A stretch of DNA of 64,000 nt from a virus (Duplodnaviria > Caudoviricetes): the IMG/VR virus record IMGVR_UViG_3300027963_000058, positions 27,015 through 91,014 of that record; one strand, 5' to 3'. A model generated the notes under the pieces. It was not told where the DNA came from. It did no database searches and saw nothing but the letters and a program-made list of their open reading frames with translations. Shown here piece by piece: positions 21,604-33,100 of this stretch. Positions within the stretch are counted from its first letter, which is position 1. Each line of letters opens with the position of its first letter. The translations under genes and the position numbers were made by a program.

Positions 21604-22615
21604 ACTGGTTTACATGTGGCTTCCTGGTCAAGCACCTGAATGGTTCCGTGACGCATTGCCAGAAAATTACCCAATAGAAATTTATGATCCAGCGAAAGAG
21701 TACGATCTAGACACCGTTTTTTATTATGACCTGTACGGATACTATCGCGAAAATATCAAGACTTATCTAGAGCGTGGACACCGAGTGATTCTTGACGCAA
21801 AAAATGAACATTATATTCAATATCGTTTTCATTGGATATTTTTATTGTTCTTGCAATACCCAGGACAAGGCATGATTTTGATCAGTGGCGATCGTGCCAA
21901 ACAGATCCCTGGACTCCAGATACAAGCCACTCCGTATTGGTACTGGATCATGGACCAACCTAGATTACAAGCAATAGGATTAGATCAGTATCACCCTGTT
22001 CCTACGCAAGAGAAAAAATTCTTCATGAGCCTGGGCAAGACTCGAATAGCTCGTGATTATCTGTACGACAGGCTTGGAGATCTCTTACAAGACAGCGTAC
22101 ACAGTTATTTGGGTCGCGGTAGGTACTTACCAAATGACCGAAAACAAGACGAGGTTATAGGAATAGGTTTTGATCGGTATGTAAACACCGACTGGTTAGA
22201 TGCAACTTGTTTTACCTTGGCTGTTGAAACTTATGTAGATGATTCTGATCTATCTGGATTTAGCCTGACTGAAAATGATGGTTTTTTCTTGTGCGAAAAA
22301 ACCTATAAGCCATTGGCTTGCAAGCATCCTTTGTTGATGGTTAGCACCCAGGGAAATTTATCACATCTACGCAATCAAGGGTTTGAATCATATCCTGAGC
22401 TATGGGACGAAAGTTATGATGATATTCCAGATTGGCAAACAAGAATAGATCGCATAATACAGATAGTGCATGACTTTGATCCGCGTACTCTTGATAATCC
22501 TGTGATTCAAGAAAAGCTATTGTATAATAGCGTAAGATTTTTTGATAAAGATTTAACAACACATTTATTAAATAGCACCGTAATCAATCCGTTACTGGAG
22601 TTTGTTAATGCTTGA
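21596..22615 (+). CDS. GT-B-like glycosyltransferase paralog
   Basis: FTLAVET..CEKTYKPL..HP..GFES..DESYD. Confidence 0.6.
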   Translation: MRKLVYMWLPGQAPEWFRDALPENYPIEIYDPAKEYDLDTVFYYDLYGYYRENIKTYLERGHRVILDAKNEHYIQYRFHWIFLLFLQYPGQGMILISGDRAKQIPGLQIQATPYWYWIMDQPRLQAIGLDQYHPVPTQEKKFFMSLGKTRIARDYLYDRLGDLLQDSVHSYLGRGRYLPNDRKQDEVIGIGFDRYVNTDWLDATCFTLAVETYVDDSDLSGFSLTENDGFFLCEKTYKPLACKHPLLMVSTQGNLSHLRNQGFESYPELWDESYDDIPDWQTRIDRIIQIVHDFDPRTLDNPVIQEKLLYNSVRFFDKDLTTHLLNSTVINPLLEFVNA

Positions 22616-23900
22616 TTCACCTACCTTGTGCATGGCACCCTGGACTCATACGTACTTGAGTCCACAGACCGAACGCCGGCTGTGTTGTGCCAGTCGTGAA
22701 CCAGCACAGAACTTTGAACAGTATATAGATACCAGTTCCGGCACTGGCCGTTACATTCCCGTCACTCTAGATGACCACTGGAACAGCGAGCACATGCGGT
22801 CAGTACGCAAGAGAATGATGGCTGGAGAAACACTGCCCGAGTGTGATGTTTGTAACAGCAAACTGCTCAACACTGACGTGTATAGGAGTTACTTCAATAG
22901 CCTGTTTGGTCATAAGCGTGATCAGATTGAATTGACCACAGATGCCACAGGACATACTAGTATGTTACCAGTCAGCTGGGATTATAGATTCAGCAACCTT
23001 TGTAACTTTAAATGTCGCATGTGTGGTGACATGTTGTCAAGTGCTTGGGAAAGTGAACAACGACAGCATGACATGATTGATTGGACCAACACAAAAAACA
23101 GTTGGATGCGGCCAGAAGTCAAAGCTGAGATAACTCAATTCCAAGACACGCAGATTGAAGCCGAGTTTGCTCAAGCAGTAGAGCAACACAGGGTAGAAGA
23201 AATATACTGGGTAGGCGGAGAGCCACTCATGTATGAACAACACTGGCGCTATATGCGCAGAATTATTGAACTAGGAGATGGACAACGTGTTTACGCTAGA
23301 TATAATACTAATCTTAGCCGTGTCAACTACGGTAGTAGCAATCTGTATCGCGATATTTTATCTGGGCTACGAGACTGGCAGATCTGTGCAAGCCTTGACG
23401 GAACCGGACAGATTGGAGAATACATCCGTACAGGACTCGATTACCCTGCATGGCTTGCGAACTTTAAGCAAGGAGTACAAATAGCACGCCATTCAAGGCA
23501 GATGCGTATAGACTTTACGCTTACCTTACCTGGCATGTTTGAAGTGAAAAATATCACACGTCTAGCACAAGAATTACAGGTTGATATACTAGCCAAAGTG
23601 GTATTCTCATTCTCACCAGACATTGTGATGAGCCCCTTGGCCTTGCCAAGGACCATATTAGATCCTTGGCTAACGGAATTGATTGAGCAAACCTCAGGAG
23701 CCATGCAGTCCGTATTAACACAGTTACGATCGCGACCGACCTTTGAGGAACAATGGCCTGACACTTATCTAGCCGGTATCAAGAAAGGCAAAAAGAGAAT
23801 ATTGCAGCTTGAAAAAATCCGTAAAGACCTGTATACTATGAGTAATATCCTGGCATCGAGACCAGCTGTATTAGAATGGTGGAACCAAATTGACAATTAG
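22608..23900 (+). CDS. Twitch-domain radical SAM enzyme
   Basis: CMAPW..LCC..CDVC; CNFKCRMC; VGGEP. Confidence 0.9.
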   Translation: MLDSPTLCMAPWTHTYLSPQTERRLCCASREPAQNFEQYIDTSSGTGRYIPVTLDDHWNSEHMRSVRKRMMAGETLPECDVCNSKLLNTDVYRSYFNSLFGHKRDQIELTTDATGHTSMLPVSWDYRFSNLCNFKCRMCGDMLSSAWESEQRQHDMIDWTNTKNSWMRPEVKAEITQFQDTQIEAEFAQAVEQHRVEEIYWVGGEPLMYEQHWRYMRRIIELGDGQRVYARYNTNLSRVNYGSSNLYRDILSGLRDWQICASLDGTGQIGEYIRTGLDYPAWLANFKQGVQIARHSRQMRIDFTLTLPGMFEVKNITRLAQELQVDILAKVVFSFSPDIVMSPLALPRTILDPWLTELIEQTSGAMQSVLTQLRSRPTFEEQWPDTYLAGIKKGKKRILQLEKIRKDLYTMSNILASRPAVLEWWNQIDN

Positions 23901-24975
23901 AGTCGTACTAAGGAACCCGCTGGATTCAACTGATCAAGTGGATTATACAATACGAGCAGAAGATCATGAGCTGGCACAGGACTGGCAACATGCTCTTAAA
24001 GATCTATTGCAATCGGGTAACCTGTTAGAAAAAAACTTTTGTTTTATGGGATTCCCTGACACAGCAAGGACCTTGGACTATTTGTGCAACGAGCTTAATC
24101 AACACGTTAAAACAATTAATGCATTTTTTCCTGATTACCGTATTGCAGAATCATTTAGTCCTGATAATGTATTAGCAGGAGATTACGCCGACCATGGCAT
24201 TAATCATGACGTAATGAACATATTACATAATCATTTTGAAATATTACAAGGTACTGTTTGGAGTCTTAGCGAATATTACAAACGAGCAGACTATGAAACA
24301 AAATACGCCATTAGACAGTTAAACAATATCTGTCATGAAATGGAGAATCTTATACTGAGTCAACGTAAAGCAAAAACTAGTCCATTTTGGGTCAGACCCA
24401 GTCAAATTACTACATTTTTAAATGCTCCTAGACTAGACCTTAAACCTGTCCATAGACAAGGATTTGCTACTAACGGATATGATAGAGTACTAGGCGGAGT
24501 GTATATGCACTGGACTCAAATAGGAAAGACTCTATATGAAGTTTTTAAAGATGAAGGTGCTCCGGTATTGACTGACGCGGTGTGCGAAGCTATTACTGAA
24601 TTGCGTTATTATTCCGGTGAATTTGATGTGGAATGGGGCAACAATGTAACTTTTGCTGGTGACAATCCCTGGCACAATCGGGACCAATTGGCTTTCAAGG
24701 CATGGCTGATAGAAAACAATCGAGATCCATTGGATCTCAATCTAAGCCTAGGATACTTACCACTAGGGCAAGTGGACCTGCGCAGCAGTTTTGGTACTGC
24801 TAAAAGTTCTGACATATGGGAAATACTGTCAGCACATTTGGATATCTATAGTATAGAAATTGACGGTGTATCACAAAAATTCAATTACTGTTGGACCGAC
24901 GCTAATTATAAACAAATGCAAATTGATATGATGAAACCTGGATATGATTACTCAACTAAAGGAGCACGACCATGA
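23890..24975 (+). CDS. Hypothetical protein in radical SAM operon
   Basis: 361-aa coupled ORF with His-containing motifs (LHNHFE, CHEME). Confidence 0.7.
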   Translation: MTIRVVLRNPLDSTDQVDYTIRAEDHELAQDWQHALKDLLQSGNLLEKNFCFMGFPDTARTLDYLCNELNQHVKTINAFFPDYRIAESFSPDNVLAGDYADHGINHDVMNILHNHFEILQGTVWSLSEYYKRADYETKYAIRQLNNICHEMENLILSQRKAKTSPFWVRPSQITTFLNAPRLDLKPVHRQGFATNGYDRVLGGVYMHWTQIGKTLYEVFKDEGAPVLTDAVCEAITELRYYSGEFDVEWGNNVTFAGDNPWHNRDQLAFKAWLIENNRDPLDLNLSLGYLPLGQVDLRSSFGTAKSSDIWEILSAHLDIYSIEIDGVSQKFNYCWTDANYKQMQIDMMKPGYDYSTKGARP

Positions 24976-25073
24976 ACTGGATTAAAAACATAATTAACCG
25001 TATTCGACTAGAAATACGATACCGCAAGAAATTAAAAGAATTACGCAAACGAGATCCTTTTATCTATAAATGA
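24972..25073 (+). CDS. 33-aa basic peptide (not in ORF track)
   Basis: MNWIKNIINRIRLEIRYRKKLKELRKRDPFIYK*. AAGGAG RBS; ATGA overlaps at both ends. Confidence 0.7.
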   Translation: MNWIKNIINRIRLEIRYRKKLKELRKRDPFIYK

Positions 25074-26554
25074 AATTGCAGAACATCCTTGGCATCAGTG
25101 CCGGGTTCCATGACGCAGCCGCCTCGGTAATCAACACCCGGGGTGAAATCTTGTTTGCTGGACATAGCGAACGCTATAGTAAAAAGAAAAACGATGCCGA
25201 CATACATCCGGGATTGCTGTGTGATCTTGGCCGATATGCAATTGATCATGTGGCCTATTACGAACGACCTTGGAACAAACAACTAAGACAACTATATTCA
25301 GGGCAAGGTATTGAATGGTCAAAACTAACCGTACGACAGATACTCAATCAGCAATTACACGGTTATTTTTCGCATACTACCGTCAGTTCGTACAACCATC
25401 ATTTGAGTCATGCCGCCGGGGGATTCCAAACTAGCACGTTTGATCGTGCCACAGTTGTGGTCATTGATGCCATAGGCGAATGGGACACTGTGAGCATATG
25501 GGGTGCTGAATATCGGAATGGCCAGGCAAGATATCGAAGACTTTGGCGACAACAGTATCCACACAGCATAGGACTATTTTATACTGCCATGACTGATAGG
25601 ATAGGACTTAGACCCATGGAAGATGAGTATGTACTAATGGGCATGGCGGCTTACGGCACTGATCGGTTGACCAAACATCTTGATGATCTAGTCATTGAAG
25701 ATTTAGACGAGATACAATTACGACAGAACTTCCATGCCGGAGTAGATGAAAACTTCTTGGCGTCAACTGAAAATGAAGATATTGCCACCGCAACACAGCA
25801 AGTAGCAGAAACTTTGATATATAGTATTATGCGCCGAGCAAGATCATTTGCCTGGAGCACAAATCTAGTATACTCGGGCGGGGTCGCCCTGAATTGTTTG
25901 GCTAATAGAAATCTTGGAGAGTATTTTGAAAAAATTTGGATCATGCCTTGTCCTGGTGATAGCGGCAGTAGTCTTGGTGCGGCCGCCTTGGCCTACGGGG
26001 GACGATTACAGTTCGACCATGCATACCTTGGTCACGACATCGGTGGACCATATCCTGTCAACGCCGTACTCCGTAGTCTCTTGGATGATAGAATCTGTGG
26101 TGTGGCATCCGGCAAAGCAGAATTTGGTCCCCGGGCGCTGGGGAACAGGAGTCTCCTCGCCGACCCGCGAGGACCAGATATAAAGTATCTTGTAAATGCA
26201 ATCAAGCGTAGACAGCAATTTAGACCGTTTGCTCCAGTCATCTTAGAGGAGCATGTCGACGAGTATTTTTTTATGCCTAAAAATTGGGTCGACAGCAAGT
26301 ATATGCAGATCGTTGGGTATTGCAGGCATCCTGAATTATATCCTGCTATCACTCATCATGATGGCACCAGTCGCATACAGACTGTACCCAACGACGGTAG
26401 TGGAATAAGATCCTTATTAGAAGCGTGGTATGCGTCCACTGGCTGTCCCATGTTGCTAAACACCAGTCTCAACATCCGCGGAGAACCCATGGTAAACGAT
26501 CGTAGAGATGCTGATCGTTTTGAAGAATTGTATAACATTCACGTTTGGTCGTGA
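25070..26554 (+). CDS. O-carbamoyltransferase (NodU/CmcH/TobZ family)
   Basis: HDAAA, ERYSKKK, HHLSHA, GGVALNC, EFGPRALGNRS, FRPFAP, LLNTSLN. Confidence 0.95.
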   Translation: MKLQNILGISAGFHDAAASVINTRGEILFAGHSERYSKKKNDADIHPGLLCDLGRYAIDHVAYYERPWNKQLRQLYSGQGIEWSKLTVRQILNQQLHGYFSHTTVSSYNHHLSHAAGGFQTSTFDRATVVVIDAIGEWDTVSIWGAEYRNGQARYRRLWRQQYPHSIGLFYTAMTDRIGLRPMEDEYVLMGMAAYGTDRLTKHLDDLVIEDLDEIQLRQNFHAGVDENFLASTENEDIATATQQVAETLIYSIMRRARSFAWSTNLVYSGGVALNCLANRNLGEYFEKIWIMPCPGDSGSSLGAAALAYGGRLQFDHAYLGHDIGGPYPVNAVLRSLLDDRICGVASGKAEFGPRALGNRSLLADPRGPDIKYLVNAIKRRQQFRPFAPVILEEHVDEYFFMPKNWVDSKYMQIVGYCRHPELYPAITHHDGTSRIQTVPNDGSGIRSLLEAWYASTGCPMLLNTSLNIRGEPMVNDRRDADRFEELYNIHVWS

Positions 26555-26566
26555 ATATTATCGATG

Positions 26567-26806
26567 TTAAACTATCTTGGCGCTGACCGGGCTTAAAGCA
26601 TTAACAATTGCCAGGTATTCATTTGCAGCTGCCAGATCTACCCAAACGGCTGTAACAGTATGAGCAGAATCAGCATCTACTTCTGGACTTGATCTTGAAA
26701 TTAACTTGTTAGATTCACTCATTTCTTTAACCATTGCCTCTATTGCGTTAGCGGTTTCTTCACTGTGTGGACCGATCCATTCTACTTTTGTAGTTACTGT
26801 TGCCAT
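26567..26806 (-). CDS. Small hypothetical protein
   Basis: AAGGAG RBS; CATAAATA late-type box at 26832-26839. Confidence 0.7.
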   Translation of the reverse strand: MATVTTKVEWIGPHSEETANAIEAMVKEMSESNKLISRSSPEVDADSAHTVTAVWVDLAAANEYLAIVNALSPVSAKIV

Positions 26807-26842
26807 AAAAACTCCTTATATTCGATATTGTTATTTATGGTA

Positions 26843-27862
26843 TTACAGATAAGATTCTAATCCACCACGACGTGACAGATCCTGTGTGCAACAACTGATG
26901 CCACCATCCCAAAAGTAACTGTGTCTTAGTTCGCTAATGATAGGATTGATTCTATGCCGTTTGCAAAAATCAAACACATCTTTGTTGTAGGCACTAAAAA
27001 TAACGTTCTCTTCGTCTAGGACCAGACAGTTGACATCAAACACAGTTTCAGCCACAAACCCGGTCCATTTTTTCAAATAGGTATCTACAAATGCAGTAAA
27101 TTCGGGCGTAGGAGTCTGCCCTTGCACATACCACGCACCTGGATTGGCGTCCCATTTGAACTTGCCCACTTCCATGGCCGCCCATATGCTCGAATCCCAC
27201 AGTTTCAATACTTCCCAGCCGGGAAAATCTTCAGCCAAGTGCAAGTGCATGTCATGTTTACTGCTCAATATCACTCCAGGTTTCAGGATAGCAAATACAG
27301 CATCTCCATGTCCATCAGTAACAGCTTCGTGTATGCGATATTCAGGACCAAGACAATTTTCAATAATCCAGTTAGTTTGTGTAGGAGTTAGGAAATCACT
27401 GTTGTCAAAGAACACGTCTCGACCCACTCGCACTATACAACTGGCACTGGCACCATTCAAAACACAATCAGGATCCCATGCACTCTTGTGCGGGCTGATT
27501 ACCTGACCAGCATAGTTGGCGCAGATGCTGTCTAGTTCTGGCATTGCTAACACTCGTAGTAATTTTTGTCCCAGAGTTATTTGCCAGTCTCGCGGAGTCA
27601 AGGGTGGCAACGGAGCCCCACCACCTTCGGTTTGATGCCAAATAAACGAATCTTTGTTGGGTAAATCGGGTCGATGCACACTAGCACCATATGTTTCTAT
27701 AGTTTTTTGTAATTGATTCAAGTCTTCTTCAGTCTCGGCTAAAATTTGCTGTAACTGATTGCGAACCTGTGGGTTATCAATAAAATCAAAGTAGTCTGGA
27801 CTATAAGCTCGACCCACAACTACTTCTTGTAACGGTTGCCAACTGGTATAGGAATTAATCAT
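26843..27862 (-). CDS. Amidinotransferase (glycine/inosamine-phosphate amidinotransferase family)
   Basis: SYTSWQPLQEVVVG, TPRD, HGD, C-terminal GGISCCTQD with catalytic Cys. Confidence 0.85.
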   Translation of the reverse strand: MINSYTSWQPLQEVVVGRAYSPDYFDFIDNPQVRNQLQQILAETEEDLNQLQKTIETYGASVHRPDLPNKDSFIWHQTEGGGAPLPPLTPRDWQITLGQKLLRVLAMPELDSICANYAGQVISPHKSAWDPDCVLNGASASCIVRVGRDVFFDNSDFLTPTQTNWIIENCLGPEYRIHEAVTDGHGDAVFAILKPGVILSSKHDMHLHLAEDFPGWEVLKLWDSSIWAAMEVGKFKWDANPGAWYVQGQTPTPEFTAFVDTYLKKWTGFVAETVFDVNCLVLDEENVIFSAYNKDVFDFCKRHRINPIISELRHSYFWDGGISCCTQDLSRRGGLESYL

Positions 27863-29055
27863 TTTAGTCTTTCAAGTAAGTTATTTAATCGTGAAGATTT
27901 GTTGTGTGAAAATAATTGTTGATTGTGTATTAGGTCTTCTTGACACTGATCGAACAACTGTGCGATTCCTTGTTGTTGTGCTTTCATGATCGAATCAGTC
28001 AACTGGATCCAGCGTTGTGTATGATCTGGTTCAAGGTCATAGCTGTTGTCTAACACATGATCAAAAACTCGATAGCCCAAATCTCTCAAGGCCTGTAGGC
28101 TACCTACACCACCTGCAATAAAAAACATCTGACCGTGTTTGATAGGTTTAAATGTTTTTTCAGTAATGAACACTCCGCCGCTTTGATCTAGATCAAATTG
28201 ACTTTCCAGCACAATATGACAGTAAGCATCGGTAAAATATTTTGGTTCAATTAAAGCATGATTGTTACGCTGGTCTTGGGTGAGTTCATCGCTGAAGTAG
28301 GGTGCATGTGCAATAAACTTTGTGAGATACCATCGCAGTTGTCCAATGGTGTCAATTTCAATTGGATTGTCATTGGTACAGTTATCGTCGTCGGGTGTGT
28401 CATCGGGTGCTTCACAATAGCTCCAGTAGCTGTTGCTCAATATGTCTAGACGATTTAAATCAGCAACAGCAGAAGCTCTCCACCATTTGTGAATACGATT
28501 TAAACAAACAAATTCGCGTGATCTTTTATCTGTATGGATAGGGAATGGCGGAATTTGAATATTACGTTGATAATACCAAAACTCAAAGTCGTGGAATGTG
28601 ACAAATCCTTCTAGTTCATCTGCTTTGGAATTAGCACTGACAAATCTATAACACCCGGCAGGTAACTGGTGTTGCTCTACCAATTTATCAAGACGTTGTT
28701 TGATACGTGCAGGATTATCACCTTCGTGATAGAAGAACAAGACCTGGAGATTCCTATCACGCACAGCAGATTGCACAGTAACCGGTAATAGGTCAAAGTA
28801 ATCTATTTCAAAGTGAAAGAATCCTAAACAAATGGGATAAAATGAATTGGCTGGAAATTGTTCGACAGTAAAGGTATTGATCCGGATACCGTGCGATTCA
28901 CAATATTCCTGTATGCGTAACGGTGTGGTATAGGGCCAATGGTTGCCAAATTCTCTCCAACTCTGTGTGTATGGCTCGGCCTGATGACGAGCTAGAGCTG
29001 GATATATTTTTGTACGTATTACTGCATCAACCACAAAATTAAATTCTAAATTCAT
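27859..29055 (-). CDS. GT-B-like glycosyltransferase paralog
   Basis: FVCLNR..WR; HIVLES..ITEKTFKPI..GYRVF..DNSYD. Confidence 0.6.
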   Translation of the reverse strand: MNLEFNFVVDAVIRTKIYPALARHQAEPYTQSWREFGNHWPYTTPLRIQEYCESHGIRINTFTVEQFPANSFYPICLGFFHFEIDYFDLLPVTVQSAVRDRNLQVLFFYHEGDNPARIKQRLDKLVEQHQLPAGCYRFVSANSKADELEGFVTFHDFEFWYYQRNIQIPPFPIHTDKRSREFVCLNRIHKWWRASAVADLNRLDILSNSYWSYCEAPDDTPDDDNCTNDNPIEIDTIGQLRWYLTKFIAHAPYFSDELTQDQRNNHALIEPKYFTDAYCHIVLESQFDLDQSGGVFITEKTFKPIKHGQMFFIAGGVGSLQALRDLGYRVFDHVLDNSYDLEPDHTQRWIQLTDSIMKAQQQGIAQLFDQCQEDLIHNQQLFSHNKSSRLNNLLERLK

Positions 29056-30136
29056 CTAACATCTCCTGGAGTTCTTGCCATAATATAGATTCAAACCCAC
29101 CACGATAAAAATGGTTATAGTTGTGTTCGACTATGGGCAAACAGGCCTGGTGTATGTCATTGCGTTCCGCTACAGATAAATTATCAAGATCTTTTAATAG
29201 TCGAGTTACTGCTTCAATTCTTTTCACATCGTCAGTTTCTAGATCGTAACTTTCGTCAAAGATTTCATCAAAGGTCTGGAATCCATATTCGCGTAGGTAG
29301 GCCAATGATCCTGCTGGAGCTACCAGTACAAATGGCATTTCTAATGCTATAGCTTTGAATGTTTTTTCTGTGATGTGTAATCGATCGCCAAAGTAAACAG
29401 TTTCAGTAGGAACGTAGATCAAACTGTCTGCGGCTTCCTCATAGTTCCCTAGCCAACAACTGGTCATGATTTGAGTGTCTTCGCCAGCAAACAGTTTAGG
29501 TAGGTCAGCCTGCTCAAACACTTGCATTATGTCGGGATATATGTTACAATACTTACTAGCCACCACACTGATGTCAACATTTTCGTAAGCACAAGTCCTA
29601 GGAGCTGTGATATGATTGTGATCAAGTTGGTTTTTAAATACATTATATAAAAATAACACACGATGATCACGCTTGCCAGCCACAATACGATTGGGACTCA
29701 TAAAAGTTCGAGTAGGCTTGCGATCTCCGGCCCGGTCGATCAGGTATGTTCGATCATATCCGCGGAACCAATCAAGACAGGCCCAGCCATGGAAGAAATA
29801 GTAGTGACTGGTCCAGCCATAGGTTCTACAAAGTTCTCGAACATATTCACCACGTTCACTGACAACAATGTGTCCAGATGGTGGGTTTGGCCAATTAATA
29901 TCCTGGTTGCGGTAAACAACATCTTTGAACAAAGATTCGTGCAAATCCAAATGAACAGGCTCTTGATCATGCAAGTACACATAGTCAGTTTCTACAATAT
30001 CGTCAGACCCTAGGTTAAATAAGTGATCGCAATCAGTATACCCAAATGGATCACAAAAAAATACACGAGTGCCTGGTCTCTGTTCCTTGAACCATGGCCA
30101 AATGGTATTGTTATAAATTTCATCTATTCTAATCAT
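29039..30136 (-). CDS. GT-B-like glycosyltransferase paralog
   Basis: FMSPNR..HR; VPTET..ITEKTFKAI..PF..GFQTF..DESYD. Confidence 0.6.
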   Translation of the reverse strand: MIRIDEIYNNTIWPWFKEQRPGTRVFFCDPFGYTDCDHLFNLGSDDIVETDYVYLHDQEPVHLDLHESLFKDVVYRNQDINWPNPPSGHIVVSERGEYVRELCRTYGWTSHYYFFHGWACLDWFRGYDRTYLIDRAGDRKPTRTFMSPNRIVAGKRDHRVLFLYNVFKNQLDHNHITAPRTCAYENVDISVVASKYCNIYPDIMQVFEQADLPKLFAGEDTQIMTSCWLGNYEEAADSLIYVPTETVYFGDRLHITEKTFKAIALEMPFVLVAPAGSLAYLREYGFQTFDEIFDESYDLETDDVKRIEAVTRLLKDLDNLSVAERNDIHQACLPIVEHNYNHFYRGGFESILWQELQEMLDEFRI

Positions 30137-33100
30137 GTTTGATATATTTTATTCTGGTATAAAACCCAATATGTTTGTTCATGAACGTGAAGCATTGGAT
30201 ATTGAACATGCTAAATCATTGTCACGCACTAGATATTTTTGGTGGATCACATACTTAGCGGACTATACAGGGTGGGATTTTTTATGGGAACCATCACCGT
30301 GGCAGGCTAACCAGCGGCATGCCTGGCTAGATCAATATCATGTTGACGCCGGTCTATACCTTGTTCCAACTGCGGGCTACAATGACACCCACTATCATAC
30401 TGATCAACGGGTACATAGATTACCCAATATTGATTTTTGGCATGTGCCAGTCTGGATTGATCCTGCAAGTATAAATTATAGATGGGCACCCAACTCCACA
30501 GATCCGCCTTACATCTATGAGTTTCCTGTAGAATGGGATTGGGACCGAGTAGGCGGGCCTGAATACCGAATACCCGGTGCCACTGAACGCAAATACGTGG
30601 ATGTGTTTGTTGCTTGTACACAGTCGGACCGAGGGAACTGGCAAGTACATGATGCAGTAGACAGCAACGATCCAGTGTTTAGATGGCATCCAAATCCGTT
30701 GGATCCTGCTATGATCTATGTGTTTGGCAATCAATGGTGGCCGGCTGAAGTTCGTGCCAGTGTAGAATATCATGTGCCTGGTGCCACAGTAAAAAAATAT
30801 ATGACGGATATCCGCACTGTGCGGTTACCGGACCCGGGCAAGTTCACATGTTTATATCCTTGTGAGTTTGATTGGTCATGGGAACCAGATCCGGGAGATC
30901 CGCCTTACATCTATGTGTTTGGTAATCAATGGTGGCCCGCAGAAAAAATGCCTACAGTTGAATATCATGCCGCAGGTGCTACTGAACGCAAGTTCATGGA
31001 TCAACCTGCAACCTTGCTTGGAGATCAAACAAATTGGCAAGTCTTGGCGGATGTAGACGCATTAAGCATAGATTATTCGTGGCAACCAGATCCAGGAGAT
31101 CCGCCTTACATCTACGAGTTTGCTACACAATGGCAACCCAATGGTGGTGCTAGATATGTGGTTCCAGGTGCCACTGAGGTCAAGTACATCGACATACAGC
31201 ATCACAGGATCGATGATCCAACGCATTGGCAAATTCCTGTTGAGATTGATGCTACTACCGTTGACACCAGTTGGCATCCAGATGCCACAGAACAACCTTA
31301 CATTTATGAATTTGCCACACAATGGCAACCCAACGGTGGTGCTAGATATGTGGTTCCTGGAGCCACTGAGGTCAAGTACATTGACATACAGCATACCAGG
31401 CTAGGTGATCCAATGCATTGGCAAATTCCCGCTGAAGTTGATGTGGCCACAGTTGACACCAGTTGGCATCCAGATGCCACAGAACAACCTTACATTTATG
31501 AATTTGCCACACAATGGCAACCCAACGGTGGTGCTGTATATCATGTGCCCGGCGCTACAGAACGCAAGTATGTTGCAATACAGCATGGTAGATTGCCCAA
31601 TGAACAGGCATTTAAAAAACTAGAATCGATACAAGGGTTTGATTACTCTTGGCATCCAGACAACACAGAACCACCTTACAATTATGTGTTTGGCAATCAG
31701 CACTGGCCAGGCACAGAAATGCCCACGGTTGTGTATGAAATGACAGGCGCTGAACAAACTAAGTTTGTCGACGGTCCTGTTGCTAAATTAGCCCGGTGCA
31801 TGGACCATTGGAAGCTGTGTGAAGATATCGATCAGGACGAATGGGATTGGACCTGGCGACCAAATCCTCAAGATCCTGCTTACATATATGTGTGGGGCAA
31901 TCAGTGGAACCCACCTGAGTTTAAAACCAGTGTCCAGTATACAGTTCCAGGCGCAACAGAAGTAAAGTACCAAGATCGTCGCACACGTAGACTACCACAA
32001 CCCAAATTGTTCAAGCATAACTTGACTGTGAGCATGTTTGACTACTCTTGGGAACCCAATCCTTTTGATCCTCCTATGACGTATGTGTTTGGAAATCAGT
32101 GGAACTCGGCTGTGCTTGAACCCACAGTGATTTATCCAGCCGGTGGAAACGAAATCAAATATGTTGACGATATTGTTGCTACTGTGGCGCAAGATATTGC
32201 CGCTTGGAAGTTGTTGGATAAGATTGAAGAGTTTGATTATTCATGGAGACCAGATCCCACTGACCCACCTTACATCTATGTGTTTGGGAACCAATGGCTT
32301 ACACCTGAGCAACGCCCAGCACTACAGTATCGAGTAGCAGGTGCAACAGACATCAAGTACATGGAATACCCACGAGCACGTCGACGTGGAGATAAATTAC
32401 GTTTTGTTCGACACTATCCTGTGACATTTGATTGGTCGTGGGAACCTGATCCAGGCAGTCCTCCTTACAATTATGTGTTTGGTAATCAGTATTATTCTGC
32501 AGAAGTCATGCCCACAGTAGAATATCATATGCCTGGGGCAACAGAACGCAAGTACATGGATATTGGTGCCGCATTGTTACCAAATCATGATAATTGTTGG
32601 CACACGATTGTTAATTGTGCATGGGATTATACTTGGCGGCCTGAACCTGGAAGTCCAGCTTACGTCTATGTGTTTGGCAACCAATGGTGGCCAGCAGAGA
32701 AAATGCCCACAGTAGAATATCATATGCCTGGCGCAACAGAACGCAAATATATGTCTGGACCAGTGGCTCAATTACCAGTAGACATGACCCAATGGCATGT
32801 GCCCGAGTATGTTGATATAACTGACATGGATTTTTCCTGGGTACCCGATCCAGGCGAACCACCTTACATTTATCAGTTTGCTACACAGCACCAAAAGACA
32901 GGTGGCCCACAATATCGAATGATAGGCGGCACTGAGTTCAAGTATGTGGATATGATGCGAGCCGAAGTCAAGCAAGAAGCCGCACCCATATTTGAAATCG
33001 ATCACCTGGATGGCAACGCTGGACAGATTGAAGGAGTCGTTCGCAAGGTACGCTACTTTGACAACTACCGAGATACACTAATAAGATTGGCTAAAAGCCT

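Noticed and set aside
31075-31570. Near-identical repeats as a DGR template/variable pair
   Set aside because: In-frame tandem coding repeats, differences not restricted to adenines, and no reverse transcriptase in the window
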